A DNA stretch of 64,000 nt, from contig CAWIYV010000011.1 in assembly GCA_963840455.1 (NCBI GenBank), positions 96,001-160,000 of the forward strand, given 5' to 3'. The number at the start of each line of letters is the position of its first letter. Position 1 is the stretch's first letter. The notes beneath the pieces were generated by a model, which was given only the letters and a program-made list of their open reading frames with translations, had not been told where the DNA came from and did no database searches. The DNA is from Nitrospirota bacterium (GTDB lineage: Bacteria; Nitrospirota; UBA9217). Positions 1 to 10,101 of the stretch are shown here, one piece after another. The translations under genes and the position numbers were made by a program.

Positions 1-1
1 A

Positions 2-448
2 GAGGTCTTCCGGGAAGACCTCCTGTATCGCATCAACTCCATCCTGATTAAGGTCCCGCCCCTGCGGGAACGGGTGGAGGACATTCCTGTGATAACGTTC
101 CATTACTTGAAGAAGATATCCCATATCAACAACAAGGACATCCGGAGGATCAGCCCGGACGCCTTGGATATTATCACGAACTATCGCTGGCCGGGCAATG
201 TTCGTCAGCTGATCAATACCATCGAGCATTGCGCCATCACTTGCAAGGGTGATACCGTTGAGGTCTCGGACCTGCCGGAGTACGTCTTTCATGAGAAAAA
301 GGTAGAGGGGAACAACAAGAGCACCGACCGTGATCAATTGCTCTCGGCCCTGTCGCAGTACAAAGGGAACCGCACGCTGACAGCGAAACACCTCGGCATC
401 AGCAGGGTCACCTTGTGGAAAAGGCTGAAGGATCTCGGCATCGAATGA
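2..448 (+). CDS. Sigma54-dependent Fis-family transcriptional regulator, C-terminal part (5' end outside window)
   Basis: Frame open from the window edge: FREDLLYRIN...PPLRERVEDIP, WPGNVRQL, and Fis HTH GNRTLTAKHLGISRVTLWKRLK. Confidence 0.9.
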   Translation, partial: EVFREDLLYRINSILIKVPPLRERVEDIPVITFHYLKKISHINNKDIRRISPDALDIITNYRWPGNVRQLINTIEHCAITCKGDTVEVSDLPEYVFHEKKVEGNNKSTDRDQLLSALSQYKGNRTLTAKHLGISRVTLWKRLKDLGIE

Positions 449-556
449 CCGGGGGCCGCAACAGCGGCGATAAAGGGCCCAACCGGGCCCCGGCCCTCTT
501 CCGGCGCACGATGCCCTGAGAAGCGTCGTCAGGCGTAGCGTCATGAGAAGGTTGCC

Positions 557-2059
557 ATGTCTCTAATGAAGCCCAGCATCAGAAGGAAAATTGCATTCGG
601 CTATCTTACTATCATCCTCATGGTCATGGGCGTGTCGGTGGTCACCCTTGCCGAAATGGAGTATGTCAAGCAGAAGATGCTGTTCGGCGGGGCGGTTCAC
701 GCGTTCCTCGATACCATCAATGAGCTCAAGAGGTTCGAAAAAAATTACCTTCTCTATGAACGGCGGGCTGATTACCCGGAGATCGTCCGGTACATCGATC
801 AGGCAGATGACCTCCTCGGGATCAAGAGCAACAGATTCGACGCCATCGCCTCGTCCGACCAGATCAACAACCTCCAGTCACTTCTTCATCAGTACCGGGA
901 CTTCCTGGCTCAGTTCACCTCCCTCCTAGATCGACGGATGTCCCTGATGAACCCGGCCGATGAGGCGCGCAAGGGCATGATAGAGTTCAGGCTCCGCACG
1001 GTCGGAGACGCCATCGTGGCCTCCGCCTTCAACATCGAGAGGGACTATCGCCACAGCATCATCGAGGCCAGCAACGAAACGCGTCGGGTCCTTCTCTACT
1101 CGATCGCCGCGCTGATCCTCGTCGCGATCATAGCAGGACGTGTCCTTTCCCGCATCGTTTTGAAACCGCTCCGCCGCATCGAGACCACAATGGACGAGAT
1201 CGCGGGCGGGCAGATCGTCACCATCGGAATCGATTCCCGCGACCAGGAGATCGTTTCCCTGGCCCAGGCGTTCAACAGGATGATCCGAGAACTGGAACTC
1301 CGGCAGCGCCACCTTATCCAGTCGGAAAAACTGTCTTCCCTCGGCACCCTCCTTTCAGGGGTGGCCCATGAGTTGAACAATCCCCTGTGGAACATTTCGT
1401 CCTCGAACCAGATACTCATGGAAAAGGGAGAAGACGGCACCCCCGAATTCAGGAAGATCCATCTCGCCCAGATCGAAGAACAGACCGACCGGGCCAGGAA
1501 CATCGTGCAATCTCTCCTGGAATTCTCCCGGAGCGGTGATTTCAAAAAGCAGGCCCTGCCCCTCGGGAACGTGATCGAAGATACGCTGCGGCTTGTGAGG
1601 GGACAACTGCCGCCGGGAGTCACCGTTCAGGTCGATGTCCCCGCCAGCCTGTCGATCACGGCCGACAAGCAGCGGATTCAGCAGGTCTTCATAAACCTCG
1701 TCAAGAACGCCGGCCAGGCCATCGAAGGAGAAGGAGCAATTTCCATCAAGGCATGGAAACATCGCGCCATCGACAAGACGGAAGACAATACTGCCATTGT
1801 CAACTATCTCAAATACAGGGGGAAATGCACGCTGGAGGTCGACACTGTGGACATCGAGGTCCATGATACCGGCCAGGGAATCCCGCACGAAGATCTCTCG
1901 AAGATCTTCGACCCCTTTTTCACAACCAAGGATGTAGGCAAGGGATCGGGCCTCGGGCTGTATATCGTCCATGAGATCATCGAGGAACATGACGGTTGCA
2001 TTGCCGTCGACAGCTCGCCGGACAGGGGGACGTCGTTCCTGCTGCGGCTGCCGGCGTAG
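557..2059 (+). CDS. HAMP-domain sensor histidine kinase (NtrB-like)
   Basis: Two TM segments, HAMP, H-box GVAHELNNPL, N-box QVFINLVKNA, DTGQGI, FDPFFTTK, GSGLGL. Confidence 0.95.
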   Translation: MSLMKPSIRRKIAFGYLTIILMVMGVSVVTLAEMEYVKQKMLFGGAVHAFLDTINELKRFEKNYLLYERRADYPEIVRYIDQADDLLGIKSNRFDAIASSDQINNLQSLLHQYRDFLAQFTSLLDRRMSLMNPADEARKGMIEFRLRTVGDAIVASAFNIERDYRHSIIEASNETRRVLLYSIAALILVAIIAGRVLSRIVLKPLRRIETTMDEIAGGQIVTIGIDSRDQEIVSLAQAFNRMIRELELRQRHLIQSEKLSSLGTLLSGVAHELNNPLWNISSSNQILMEKGEDGTPEFRKIHLAQIEEQTDRARNIVQSLLEFSRSGDFKKQALPLGNVIEDTLRLVRGQLPPGVTVQVDVPASLSITADKQRIQQVFINLVKNAGQAIEGEGAISIKAWKHRAIDKTEDNTAIVNYLKYRGKCTLEVDTVDIEVHDTGQGIPHEDLSKIFDPFFTTKDVGKGSGLGLYIVHEIIEEHDGCIAVDSSPDRGTSFLLRLPA

Positions 2060-2239
2060 TTCAGGACAAACGCCGGTCCAGGGACATGAGTGAACAAGAG
2101 CTAGGATGCGGTATACAGGAGAAGAGGCGTAAAGATCGCAAGGACATCCACTGGTTTTGCTTTCTTATACGCCTTGCGTTCTCTGTTTTCTTCGCAGGAA
2201 ACAGTTTTTCGACTAGCTTCTGGATACCGGGGTACGAGA

Positions 2240-3670
2240 ATGGAAAACCGCGTGAAACTATTGATCGTCGATGACGAGCGCGTGGCGCTCAGAAACCTCG
2301 AGTATGTCATGAAGAACGAGGGCTACGATGTTGTGGCCACGCAGAGCGGGTCGAATGCCATCCGCCATCTTGATGAACAGGAGTTCGACGTGGTATTGAC
2401 GGATATGCGCATGGAGAAGGTCGATGGCATGCAGGTCCTGAAAAAGTGCCGCGAGCGCCATCCCGATACCGAGATCATCATGATCACCGCCCACGCCACG
2501 CTGGAGTCGGCAGTGGATACCATGAAGCTGGGCGCCTATAACTATATTGCAAAACCGGCAAAGCTCGACGAACTGAGGAAAGCCGTCCGTGAGGCCGTTA
2601 AAAAAGTGGCGATGAAAAAAGAGCAGCGCCACCTGAAGGAGCAGCTTAAGGGCTATCGGGGAGCGGCCAAGATCATCACCCAGGACCTTGCCGTGCGGAA
2701 ACCCTTGGAGACCGCTCGCCAGATCGCTCTCGCCGATACGAACGTGTTCATCACAGGAGAGCGCGGTACGGGGAAGAAACTCTTCGCCCGCTATATCCAT
2801 GACAACAGCAGGCGCTCAGAAGGTCCCTTTTACACCATAAACTGCGGGGCGCTCCCCGAGGAGCTTCTCGCCTACGAACTGTTCGGACACGAGAAGGACA
2901 TGCTCGGGGATCCTTCGCCGAGAAAAAAAGGGATCATCGAAGCGGCGTCGGGAGGCACAATCCTTCTGTGCGATGTGATGGCGATGCCGCCGTCCTTGCA
3001 GGTGAAGCTTCTGCAGGTGCTCGAGGACAAGGAAGGCATGCGCATCGGCGGCATCAAGCCGTTCAAGGTCGACGTACGGTTCATCGCTACGGCGAACCAC
3101 GTTCCCGTCGAAACTGCGCGGGAAGAGCCGTTCAGGCAGGACCTCTATTTCCGGTTGAACGTGGTTTCCCTCCATCTTCCCCCGCTCGCTGAGCGGAGGG
3201 ACGATATTCCCCTCCTTTCCTATTTTTTTCTGCAAAAGCATGCCGCGGGAATGAACAGGTCCGTATCCGAACTTTCCACGGACGCTCTCTCGCTCCTCAT
3301 GAACTATAACTTCCCCGGCAACGTCCGGGAACTGGAGAACATCATCGAGCGGGGCGTCGCCCTTACCAATGACGGCACCATCGAACCGGCCCACCTGCCC
3401 GACAACCTGCGGGAGCTGGACATCAGGACGTTCAAAAAGAAAGAAGGGAAGATCCCTTCGCTCGAAGAGCAGGAAATAGCTTATATTAAATGGGTCTTGA
3501 ATGAGGTCGCGGGCAACAAGACCCTTGCCGCCCAGGTCTTGGGCATCGACCGCGTATCCCTTTGGAGGAAGCTGAAGAAATACGGGCTTGAAGGATCGCG
3601 CGAGGATCTTCTTACCGGGGCCGGAGGAGCAGGCACTCCTCCGGCAGGACCGGAGACAACCGGGGATTGA
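2240..3670 (+). CDS. NtrC-family response regulator (REC-AAA+-Fis HTH) with degenerate GAFTGA and Walker B motifs
   Basis: ATG at 2240 (MENRVKLLIVDDE), receiver D in LTDMRM, GERGTGKK, FRQDLYFRLNV, FPGNVRELEN, C-terminal HTH. Confidence 0.92.
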   Translation: MENRVKLLIVDDERVALRNLEYVMKNEGYDVVATQSGSNAIRHLDEQEFDVVLTDMRMEKVDGMQVLKKCRERHPDTEIIMITAHATLESAVDTMKLGAYNYIAKPAKLDELRKAVREAVKKVAMKKEQRHLKEQLKGYRGAAKIITQDLAVRKPLETARQIALADTNVFITGERGTGKKLFARYIHDNSRRSEGPFYTINCGALPEELLAYELFGHEKDMLGDPSPRKKGIIEAASGGTILLCDVMAMPPSLQVKLLQVLEDKEGMRIGGIKPFKVDVRFIATANHVPVETAREEPFRQDLYFRLNVVSLHLPPLAERRDDIPLLSYFFLQKHAAGMNRSVSELSTDALSLLMNYNFPGNVRELENIIERGVALTNDGTIEPAHLPDNLRELDIRTFKKKEGKIPSLEEQEIAYIKWVLNEVAGNKTLAAQVLGIDRVSLWRKLKKYGLEGSREDLLTGAGGAGTPPAGPETTGD

Positions 3671-3739
3671 AGAAAATATAGGTGAGAAGATAACATTCGT
3701 GGGTGCAGGATGGGGCCATTCAGCTGCTACGCCCGCTAC

Positions 3740-4210
3740 GATCGGGCGACCTGCCACAGACCGTTCCCGGAGGAGCACACTCCCATCCACTGTCAGAACC
3801 GGGTTGAACCTTCCCGCATAGCACGGGATCTTCCTCGAATGCTCGCGCATCATCCGGTGGATGAGCCGAAGGGAGAATGTCCTGGGCAGCCTTAAGGCGA
3901 CCTTCCCGGAAACGATACACACGCGGCGCCCCTTCCCGCAATTTCATCTCCAGCTTCCGTACAGCGTCATGGCGGGCATCCAGGTCTATGCTGCCACAGC
4001 GCTTGTCCGAAAGCCCCTCTGATCAGCGAGATCGTGTGCATCCTGACGTTCTCCAGCCCGCCGACAAAACTGATGATATCATCCATGGAGCTCTGGTTTT
4101 CGGAACAGAATACCGTATTGATCCCAGTTCGAAATTCGGGTACCGCCCGGCCAGATCGCTTACGGCCCGGTAGTTTTCAAGGGCCTTGACAAAGCAGCCC
4201 GGTGTCCGCC
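3740..4210 (-). pseudogene. Frameshifted remnant of a radical SAM/SPASM protein
   Basis: Pieces in different frames: PGCFVKALENYRAVSDLAGRYPNFELG, NQSSMDDIISFVGGLENVRMHTISLIRG, YRFREGRLKAAQDIL, RLIHR...IPCYAGRFNPVLTVDG (SPASM-like); no CxxxCxxC left. Confidence 0.6.
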
Positions 4211-4213
4211 GAG

Positions 4214-4535
4214 CTATTGACGGACGCGAACGAGGGTGCTTTCCTCCAGGATGCAATCAGCGTCACAAAAGAAAAGTATGCCGCCTTTGCTGTTCATCCC
4301 CCCTGCATTCCGCGAAGCGCCCGCACCTGAGTGTTTCGTCAACTCGACGAGCATGCAGGGAAACTTTCTGATCAGGGCCGGGTGATCCGGCTTCCAAGCA
4401 GTCATCGACGACGATCTCACGACAGTCATCATTAAGCGCAAAGATCTCTCCTGAAAAGCGCTGGTCGTCCGGCTTCCGTTGGGTTGGGGATGATGGATAT
4501 GGAAGGAAGTTACTGATGACACCGCTTTCTGTCAT
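4214..4535 (-). pseudogene. Frameshifted N-terminal remnant of a GT2 glycosyltransferase
   Basis: EIVVDDC in one frame; HSGAGASRNAG...ILFFCDADC (DxD) in another; stops at 4214. Confidence 0.7.
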
Positions 4536-4599
4536 CCGTTCAGAAACGCTGCGGCACGAGAGTGCTCAGTTTACGATGTGCCGACCTGGCAGCCCTGTC

Positions 4600-4989
4600 T
4601 CACAACAAGGCGGCTATCGTCAAGCCGACAACGGCGACCAGCAGGCCGAAGCCAATGACCGCTGCGGTCCTCCTTTGCAAAAGGGCACGTTCCCTGCCGC
4701 TGTCGAGGAAGGGGGCGAGCAAGACAACGCTGAAAGCGAGTCCCGGCAGGAGCACGGCACCCACAAAGGTCCACCGGCCGGGAAAGTACTTGGTGAGCTC
4801 GTAAAGGAACAGGAAGTACCATTCCGGGCGGGGGCTGAACTGCGTGGAAAAGTCGATCTCCCTGCCGATGGCTGGCGGGAACAGGATGGCCAGAAGCAGC
4901 ACCGCTTCGACCGCGAACAGCGCGACCACCGCCACTTCGAAGAAGTAATAGGGAAAGAACGTTTTCTCGTTTTTCGTTGCCTGCATCAC
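4600..4989 (-). CDS. Cytochrome b C-terminal subunit (subunit IV/PetD-like)
   Basis: PRPEWYFLFLY (PEWY Qo motif), three TM helices, directly downstream of cytochrome b N-terminal gene. Confidence 0.9.
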   Translation of the reverse strand: MMQATKNEKTFFPYYFFEVAVVALFAVEAVLLLAILFPPAIGREIDFSTQFSPRPEWYFLFLYELTKYFPGRWTFVGAVLLPGLAFSVVLLAPFLDSGRERALLQRRTAAVIGFGLLVAVVGLTIAALL

Positions 4990-5067
4990 GATGTTGTTCT
5001 CCTGTATCCCTAACCCCGTCTCTGTCTTCGCGTCACCCTGTCCCTGAATCTCCGTGTCCGCTGTATC

Positions 5068-5712
5068 TCACATCCCTCCCGATATCCCGGTCCTGCGGAT
5101 CATGTGGAAATGGAGCCAGAGGAAGATGCCCGTGGACAGTGGCAGCCAGAGGATGTGCATGCTGTAGAACCGGAGGAGCGTCGCGCCCGTCACCTCAGCA
5201 CCGCCGCGGACGAGGCCGGCGAGGAAGCTCCCTGCCAGGGGTACGGACCCGACCATGTTCGTGCCGATCACCGTGGCCCAGTAGGCCTTCTGGTCCCAGG
5301 GCAGGAGGTAGCCCGTGAACCCGAAGGACAGGGTCAGGACCAGGAGGAACGAACCCGCCACCCAGTGCAGCTCGCGCGGGTTCTTGTACGATCCGGTGAC
5401 GAAGACCCTGAGCATGTGGAGCACGATCGTGACGACCATCAGGTTCCCCGCCCAGTGGTGTGCTGCGCGGATGAGACCTCCCAGCGGCACCTCGCGGTGC
5501 AGCTGCTGGATGCTGCGGTAGGCGTCGGACTCCGAAGGGATGTAATAGCTGGAGAGCAGAAGGCCGGTCATGAGGAGCATGACAAAAAGCATGAAGGTGA
5601 TGCCGCCGAAGCAGTAATAATAGTTGATCCATCCCGGAACCGGTTTGTCCAGGATCCTCCGGTGCCTGCCGGTGAAGCCAAGGCGGTCGTTGAGATACTC
5701 GAGGACCTTCAT
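5068..5712 (-). CDS. Cytochrome b6-like N-terminal subunit (PetB/QcrB-like)
   Basis: YYCFGGIT, RAAHHWAG, LHMLRVF, FTGYLLPWDQKAYWA, RFYSMH...LHF heme-ligand histidines. Confidence 0.95.
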   Translation of the reverse strand: MKVLEYLNDRLGFTGRHRRILDKPVPGWINYYYCFGGITFMLFVMLLMTGLLLSSYYIPSESDAYRSIQQLHREVPLGGLIRAAHHWAGNLMVVTIVLHMLRVFVTGSYKNPRELHWVAGSFLLVLTLSFGFTGYLLPWDQKAYWATVIGTNMVGSVPLAGSFLAGLVRGGAEVTGATLLRFYSMHILWLPLSTGIFLWLHFHMIRRTGISGGM

Positions 5713-5740
5713 TGCTTGTCACGCATCACTCGTCGCTGCT

Positions 5741-6193
5741 TCATACTTTCACCCCCACCGTCACCATCCCGTTCCTGACCTCGACGGGATACGCTGTGAG
5801 CGGTATTGGCGGAGGGCCTGCGATGTTCTTCCCGGCGATGTCGTACTTCCCGCCATGGCAGGGGCAGACGAACTCCCTGGACTCTTTTCGGTAGTTCACG
5901 AGGCACCCGAGGTGGCTGCAGACGGCCGACAGCACGGTGAGCCTGTCCGGTGATGAGATGATGAAGACGCGGGCCTTCCGCTCTTTCCCTGCAACGGCGT
6001 AGACTAGCTCGGCCTTCTTGACGCCGGACCGAGGGACCTCGTCCTCGGGGACCAGGGGGAACCAGGCAAGTTCCTTATTCCGCCAGCCCGAGGGCGAAAG
6101 GACCCGCAGGCCTGCGAACAGGGACCCGAGGCCGAGCAATGCGAACACTCCGTACAGGGCCTTTGCAATGAACTCTCTGCGTCCGTGCTCCAT
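5741..6193 (-). CDS. Rieske [2Fe-2S] protein of a Rieske/cytochrome b complex
   Basis: Tat-like GRREFI, CSHLGC and CPCHGG boxes, GPPP. Confidence 0.95.
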   Translation of the reverse strand: MEHGRREFIAKALYGVFALLGLGSLFAGLRVLSPSGWRNKELAWFPLVPEDEVPRSGVKKAELVYAVAGKERKARVFIISSPDRLTVLSAVCSHLGCLVNYRKESREFVCPCHGGKYDIAGKNIAGPPPIPLTAYPVEVRNGMVTVGVKV

Positions 6194-6201
6194 TGTTGAC
6201 T

Positions 6202-6230
6202 ATAGTACGCCAGGGGACTGGGGATGTCAA
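6202..6230 (-). promoter_or_regulatory. Sigma70-type promoter of the Rieske operon (probably leaderless)
   Basis: TTGACA-17 nt-TACTAT, 8 nt before the ATG, no Shine-Dalgarno. Confidence 0.65.
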
Positions 6231-6289
6231 TCCGGGGGAGGAGCGGGGAAGGGACGTCCCGCATTACTGATAATGAAAGAACCGATTGG

Positions 6290-9166
6290 TCAGGGGAAAT
6301 GGTAAACGATGCCGAGATTCCAGGATGTGGCGGTCGCATCGGTATCCTTGTCCAGATGGAGGTCCCCTGAATCGAAGGTGATCTCCCGTCGCGCCACGCC
6401 GCCGGTCAGCGCGACCAGGGGATCGATGGCTACTTCAAGACCGAGGCCCAATTCGTTCCCTGATCCCTTATAATGTGTCCCGCCGCTGTCGCCGATCTCA
6501 TATTTACCGATTCCCAGGTACCCATAGGGTGTGTACCGGCTGTTTGGGATCGGGAGATTCAGCCTGATCGCGAGGATCTGACCGGAAAACATCTGGCGCT
6601 GGAGGTTGGCCATGCCGAGAAAATCGGTGTCATGATAGGTGCGGAACAGGGAACCTTCGATCGCCAGATATTCGTTCAGTCCCCATCCGAGCTGCAGCGT
6701 GATCCCCTGCCCGGGATCGAGGCTGTCGAAATAGGCCTTGTCGACGGTATCGCTGCTTTTCCCTTTGATCGTCGTATTGGTATAGAGGATCCCGGTATAG
6801 AACCCCTCCTTCGCCGACGCGCTTTGAGCAAGGAACGGGCATGATAAGATGATCAGGAGGAAAAAGGATCCGATGGCTGTGATCTTCTTTGAGACGCCTC
6901 TCGACAGCGCGGAGGACCTCCGGCGCAGTGCCTTCATCTTGAGAACGAAGGCCACAGAACAAAGCAGGAGAATCAGGAAAAGGATCTGACCAGGATGTTC
7001 TGCGAAAAAGATGACGGGCCGCAGCATCCAGCGGGCGGCTTCGCGCATCTTTTCATGCCGCTCGATGAATTCGGCGAGGAGCGGTGAAGCGTGGTAATAG
7101 AGCCTGACGAATTTCCTGCCCGCGAAGTTAGTCATCAGATATTTATCTCGAAAGTCCCTCAAGCTCTGTATCCGCGGAGCCAGGTCGCTCCCGGCAACGA
7201 TTCTGGTAATGGAGCATGCGAAGTACGAGCCGCCTCCTCCCCCGCCGCCTCCCGAATAGTCATAGGTGCTTCTGAAGTTGGCAAAACAGATCTTGCTACT
7301 GTCCATGGTCACGGTCGTCGATGTAACCAAACCGCCGTTACAGTTCCCGCCCCAGCCGTCGAATACCGATCCGGATGCCGGCGTTGCCGCAAGGATCACG
7401 ACCATGTCCAAGGGATAGCGCGCCTGGCAGCTTGTGCCGCAATAGATGCTGCCGTCGGTGGTCGAGCTTACTGTTCCTCCGCCGCTTCCCGTCTTCATGA
7501 CGGCAAGAGTGAGCGGCCCGCCGATCTCGCCGACGGCACCGCTGTAGTTGGAGTGGGAAACATAGGCGCGCATGCCGTCAGGGCTCATTGCAATGCCCAT
7601 GGGCCGGGTGCCGGCATTGGTCGTAAAAGACCCCGCGAGCGTGTCCGTCTGCGTGTTGATATATCCGACCGTATCACTGCCCGGCATGTAGCTGGCGGTA
7701 CTATTCGCCACGAACACTCGAGTCCCGTCCGGGCTCACGGCGAGCCCCTGGGGCTCTGCGAAGCCGGTGATGATTGCCGATGAGGCGAGCGTTGCCCCGG
7801 CCGCGTTGTAAACAATGACGCTGTTGCTCTGGCTGCAGCTCACGTAGACCTTCTTGCCGTCAGGCGTCACGGCGATCCCCACGGGGTGTGATCCCGTGGG
7901 CACCGAGTCCACGACCGACAGGGTCGCCAGATCGAAGACCTTGACCTCGTCGGTCCCGGAGAATGCCAGGTACGCATGCTCGCCGTCGGGATTCACCGCG
8001 ATGCCCAAGGGGACCGCGCTCGGATCGGAAACAGACGCGACCGCCGTTTTGTTGGAAAGGTCCATGACCGTCACCGCTCCGCCCAGAGAGTTGTTGGAGA
8101 AGAGCAGGGTCCGGCCGTCGGGAGTGATGGCAATGCCCTGCGGATTGCTGTCCGCGCCTCCCCCCGCGTTGCCGAAGATGGTCTCTATGGTCTCCAGGTT
8201 CGCGGCGTCGAGCACCGTGATCCCGCTGTAGCCCGTCGCCACATAAAGACGTCTGCCCGCGGGATGCACCACCAGGCTTTCCGCATTGTTCATCAGGTAT
8301 TTCGGGGAGAACAGCAGCGTGTTCGTGGCCGTGTTGATCATGTACAGGTAGTAGTTGCAGGCCACGTAGGCCTTCCGGCCGTCAGGATTGAACGCGACAC
8401 CGACGGGCCTGCAATAGTCCAGCGAGATCGATCTGCTCTGCGCCGGCAGAGGAGAAGAGACGACGAGCCCAAACGGAATGGGACTGAATGCCTCGCCAAG
8501 GGGGGTCTGCAGGGAGAGCGGTCCGTTACCAAACCCTGATGGCGCCGTTGCCACGAGCTTCGTCGTCAGCGCCGTCAGGAATCCTGCCGGCGGCGTGGTG
8601 TTGAACCGGAGCTGGTTGTCCGAAGGCGCGGGGCCGAAGCCGGTCCCGCTGACCGTCACGATCGTTCCCGGCAGCCCCGCAGGGGGGCTCACAAAGGAGA
8701 TGCGGGGCCCGCCCGGCTTTGCGATCTGCATGCCCGTGAAGATCCCCTGCGCGCCCGTTCCCGGCTGGGTCCATGCGCCGGTGGCAGACCGTTCGGCCAG
8801 GCTGATCCCGGTCAGAATCCATTCGTTCTGGAAGCACGGTGGACGCGAGACGGTCCCCGAAACGACATTGTTCGGCCCCACAGCCCCTTCAAGCGTGCCG
8901 TTCGCACAATCGACATCGCCGTCGAGCCGGTATGAAGCCCTCACCCGGTACCCCGGCTGGGTCATGTCGGCCTCCCAGGTCCCGCTGACCGGGCCGATGA
9001 CCGGATCGTTCCCCGTCCAGGACCCGGCCCATACGCCCGAAAGGTCGATGGACGGCTTGGGAGAGATGGGGTCGCCTTTTTCACTGCAGGAGATGAGAAG
9101 AAGGAAAGGCAGGAAGATCAAAGCGGAGAGCTGCCGGACGAGCCGGTGAGAACAGTAATGCACCAT
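6290..9166 (-). CDS. Lipoprotein: IPT/TIG + YVTN/YncE beta-propeller + InlB-B-like repeat + CFI-box-CTERM-like domain, fused in frame to an outer-membrane beta-barrel
   Basis: GGAGG before ATG 9166; lipobox-like LLLISC; repeated PxGIAVxPDG blades; LRDFRDKYLMTNFAGRKFVRLYYHASP; ends WNLGIVYHFP. Confidence 0.8.
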   Translation of the reverse strand: MVHYCSHRLVRQLSALIFLPFLLLISCSEKGDPISPKPSIDLSGVWAGSWTGNDPVIGPVSGTWEADMTQPGYRVRASYRLDGDVDCANGTLEGAVGPNNVVSGTVSRPPCFQNEWILTGISLAERSATGAWTQPGTGAQGIFTGMQIAKPGGPRISFVSPPAGLPGTIVTVSGTGFGPAPSDNQLRFNTTPPAGFLTALTTKLVATAPSGFGNGPLSLQTPLGEAFSPIPFGLVVSSPLPAQSRSISLDYCRPVGVAFNPDGRKAYVACNYYLYMINTATNTLLFSPKYLMNNAESLVVHPAGRRLYVATGYSGITVLDAANLETIETIFGNAGGGADSNPQGIAITPDGRTLLFSNNSLGGAVTVMDLSNKTAVASVSDPSAVPLGIAVNPDGEHAYLAFSGTDEVKVFDLATLSVVDSVPTGSHPVGIAVTPDGKKVYVSCSQSNSVIVYNAAGATLASSAIITGFAEPQGLAVSPDGTRVFVANSTASYMPGSDTVGYINTQTDTLAGSFTTNAGTRPMGIAMSPDGMRAYVSHSNYSGAVGEIGGPLTLAVMKTGSGGGTVSSTTDGSIYCGTSCQARYPLDMVVILAATPASGSVFDGWGGNCNGGLVTSTTVTMDSSKICFANFRSTYDYSGGGGGGGGSYFACSITRIVAGSDLAPRIQSLRDFRDKYLMTNFAGRKFVRLYYHASPLLAEFIERHEKMREAARWMLRPVIFFAEHPGQILFLILLLCSVAFVLKMKALRRRSSALSRGVSKKITAIGSFFLLIILSCPFLAQSASAKEGFYTGILYTNTTIKGKSSDTVDKAYFDSLDPGQGITLQLGWGLNEYLAIEGSLFRTYHDTDFLGMANLQRQMFSGQILAIRLNLPIPNSRYTPYGYLGIGKYEIGDSGGTHYKGSGNELGLGLEVAIDPLVALTGGVARREITFDSGDLHLDKDTDATATSWNLGIVYHFP

Positions 9167-9458
9167 GGAAGCACCTCCCCCCGAAAAGGCGGTACTTAGT
9201 GCGTTGACCATCAGACAGGATTTAAGTTTAGCATAAAACACGGCCTATTCAAGTGATAAAGGAGGATGGTTGCCAATGGAGAATGATAGCCGAGGTTAAA
9301 TGACCCTAAATGTTTGTAAAGCAACGGAGGTATCATCGTCCCCACTCGTCACGAGCCATATCTCTGAATCTTATACCCATAAGGTACTATCAATGATCCC
9401 TCTCGGGACTGTTTGAACCTTTGGTGTGACCAGTTCATCCTCGGCTATCCTGCCACCG

Positions 9459-9773
9459 TTACTTCACGAAGGAGCAGCAGTAATCGGAAAACGTCTTGAC
9501 CTTCATCGTGAACTTGGAATTGGCCGGCACCTCGAAGGACTCGCCGCCCTTGACTGGCTTCCAGTCCTTCGACCCGGGGAGTTGCACATCCAGTTCCCCC
9601 GACAGGATCTCCATGATCTCTTTGTCGCCGGTCGAGAACTCGTACTCGCCCGGCTGCATGATGCCGAGGGTCTTTTTGGACCCGTCGGGGAAGAGGACCG
9701 TCCTGCTCACGACCTTGCCGTCGAAATAGACGTTGGCCTTCTTCACGACCGTGACATTTCTGAACTCTGACAT
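9459..9773 (-). CDS. ppnP: Pyrimidine/purine nucleoside phosphorylase (DUF1255)
   Basis: [24 protein letters not shown]...[23 protein letters not shown]...YCCSF. Confidence 0.92.
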   Translation of the reverse strand: MSEFRNVTVVKKANVYFDGKVVSRTVLFPDGSKKTLGIMQPGEYEFSTGDKEIMEILSGELDVQLPGSKDWKPVKGGESFEVPANSKFTMKVKTFSDYCCSFVK

Positions 9774-9792
9774 GTTCGTAGCCTCCACTCCG

Positions 9793-10101
9793 CTAGATGA
9801 CTTCAAAAACGATGATGAGAGCGCTTACGGTCATGATCCCGAGCCCGCTAAGAAAAATGATATCCGCGATCCTCTCCATCTGTTCCGATCTCTGCGACGC
9901 CCTGATCGAGGCATAGGAAAAGATGCTGGCGGCCAGGAACACAACAATGCACAATGAGACCATCTCGTCGATGATCGTTTCCAGGCCCATCTTCGTCACC
10001 TTCATGAAGCTGAGGATGACGAAGCAGATTCCCAGGAGATTTGCCGCCGTCGGGAGAATATGGTGCGAAATGTACTTCCTGCCGTTCCCGTTCTCCGACA
10101 T
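9793..10101 (-). CDS. Small three-TM membrane protein
   Basis: GGGAGAGG RBS before ATG 10101; [14 protein letters not shown]; hydrophobic helices. Confidence 0.75.
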   Translation of the reverse strand: MSENGNGRKYISHHILPTAANLLGICFVILSFMKVTKMGLETIIDEMVSLCIVVFLAASIFSYASIRASQRSEQMERIADIIFLSGLGIMTVSALIIVFEVI

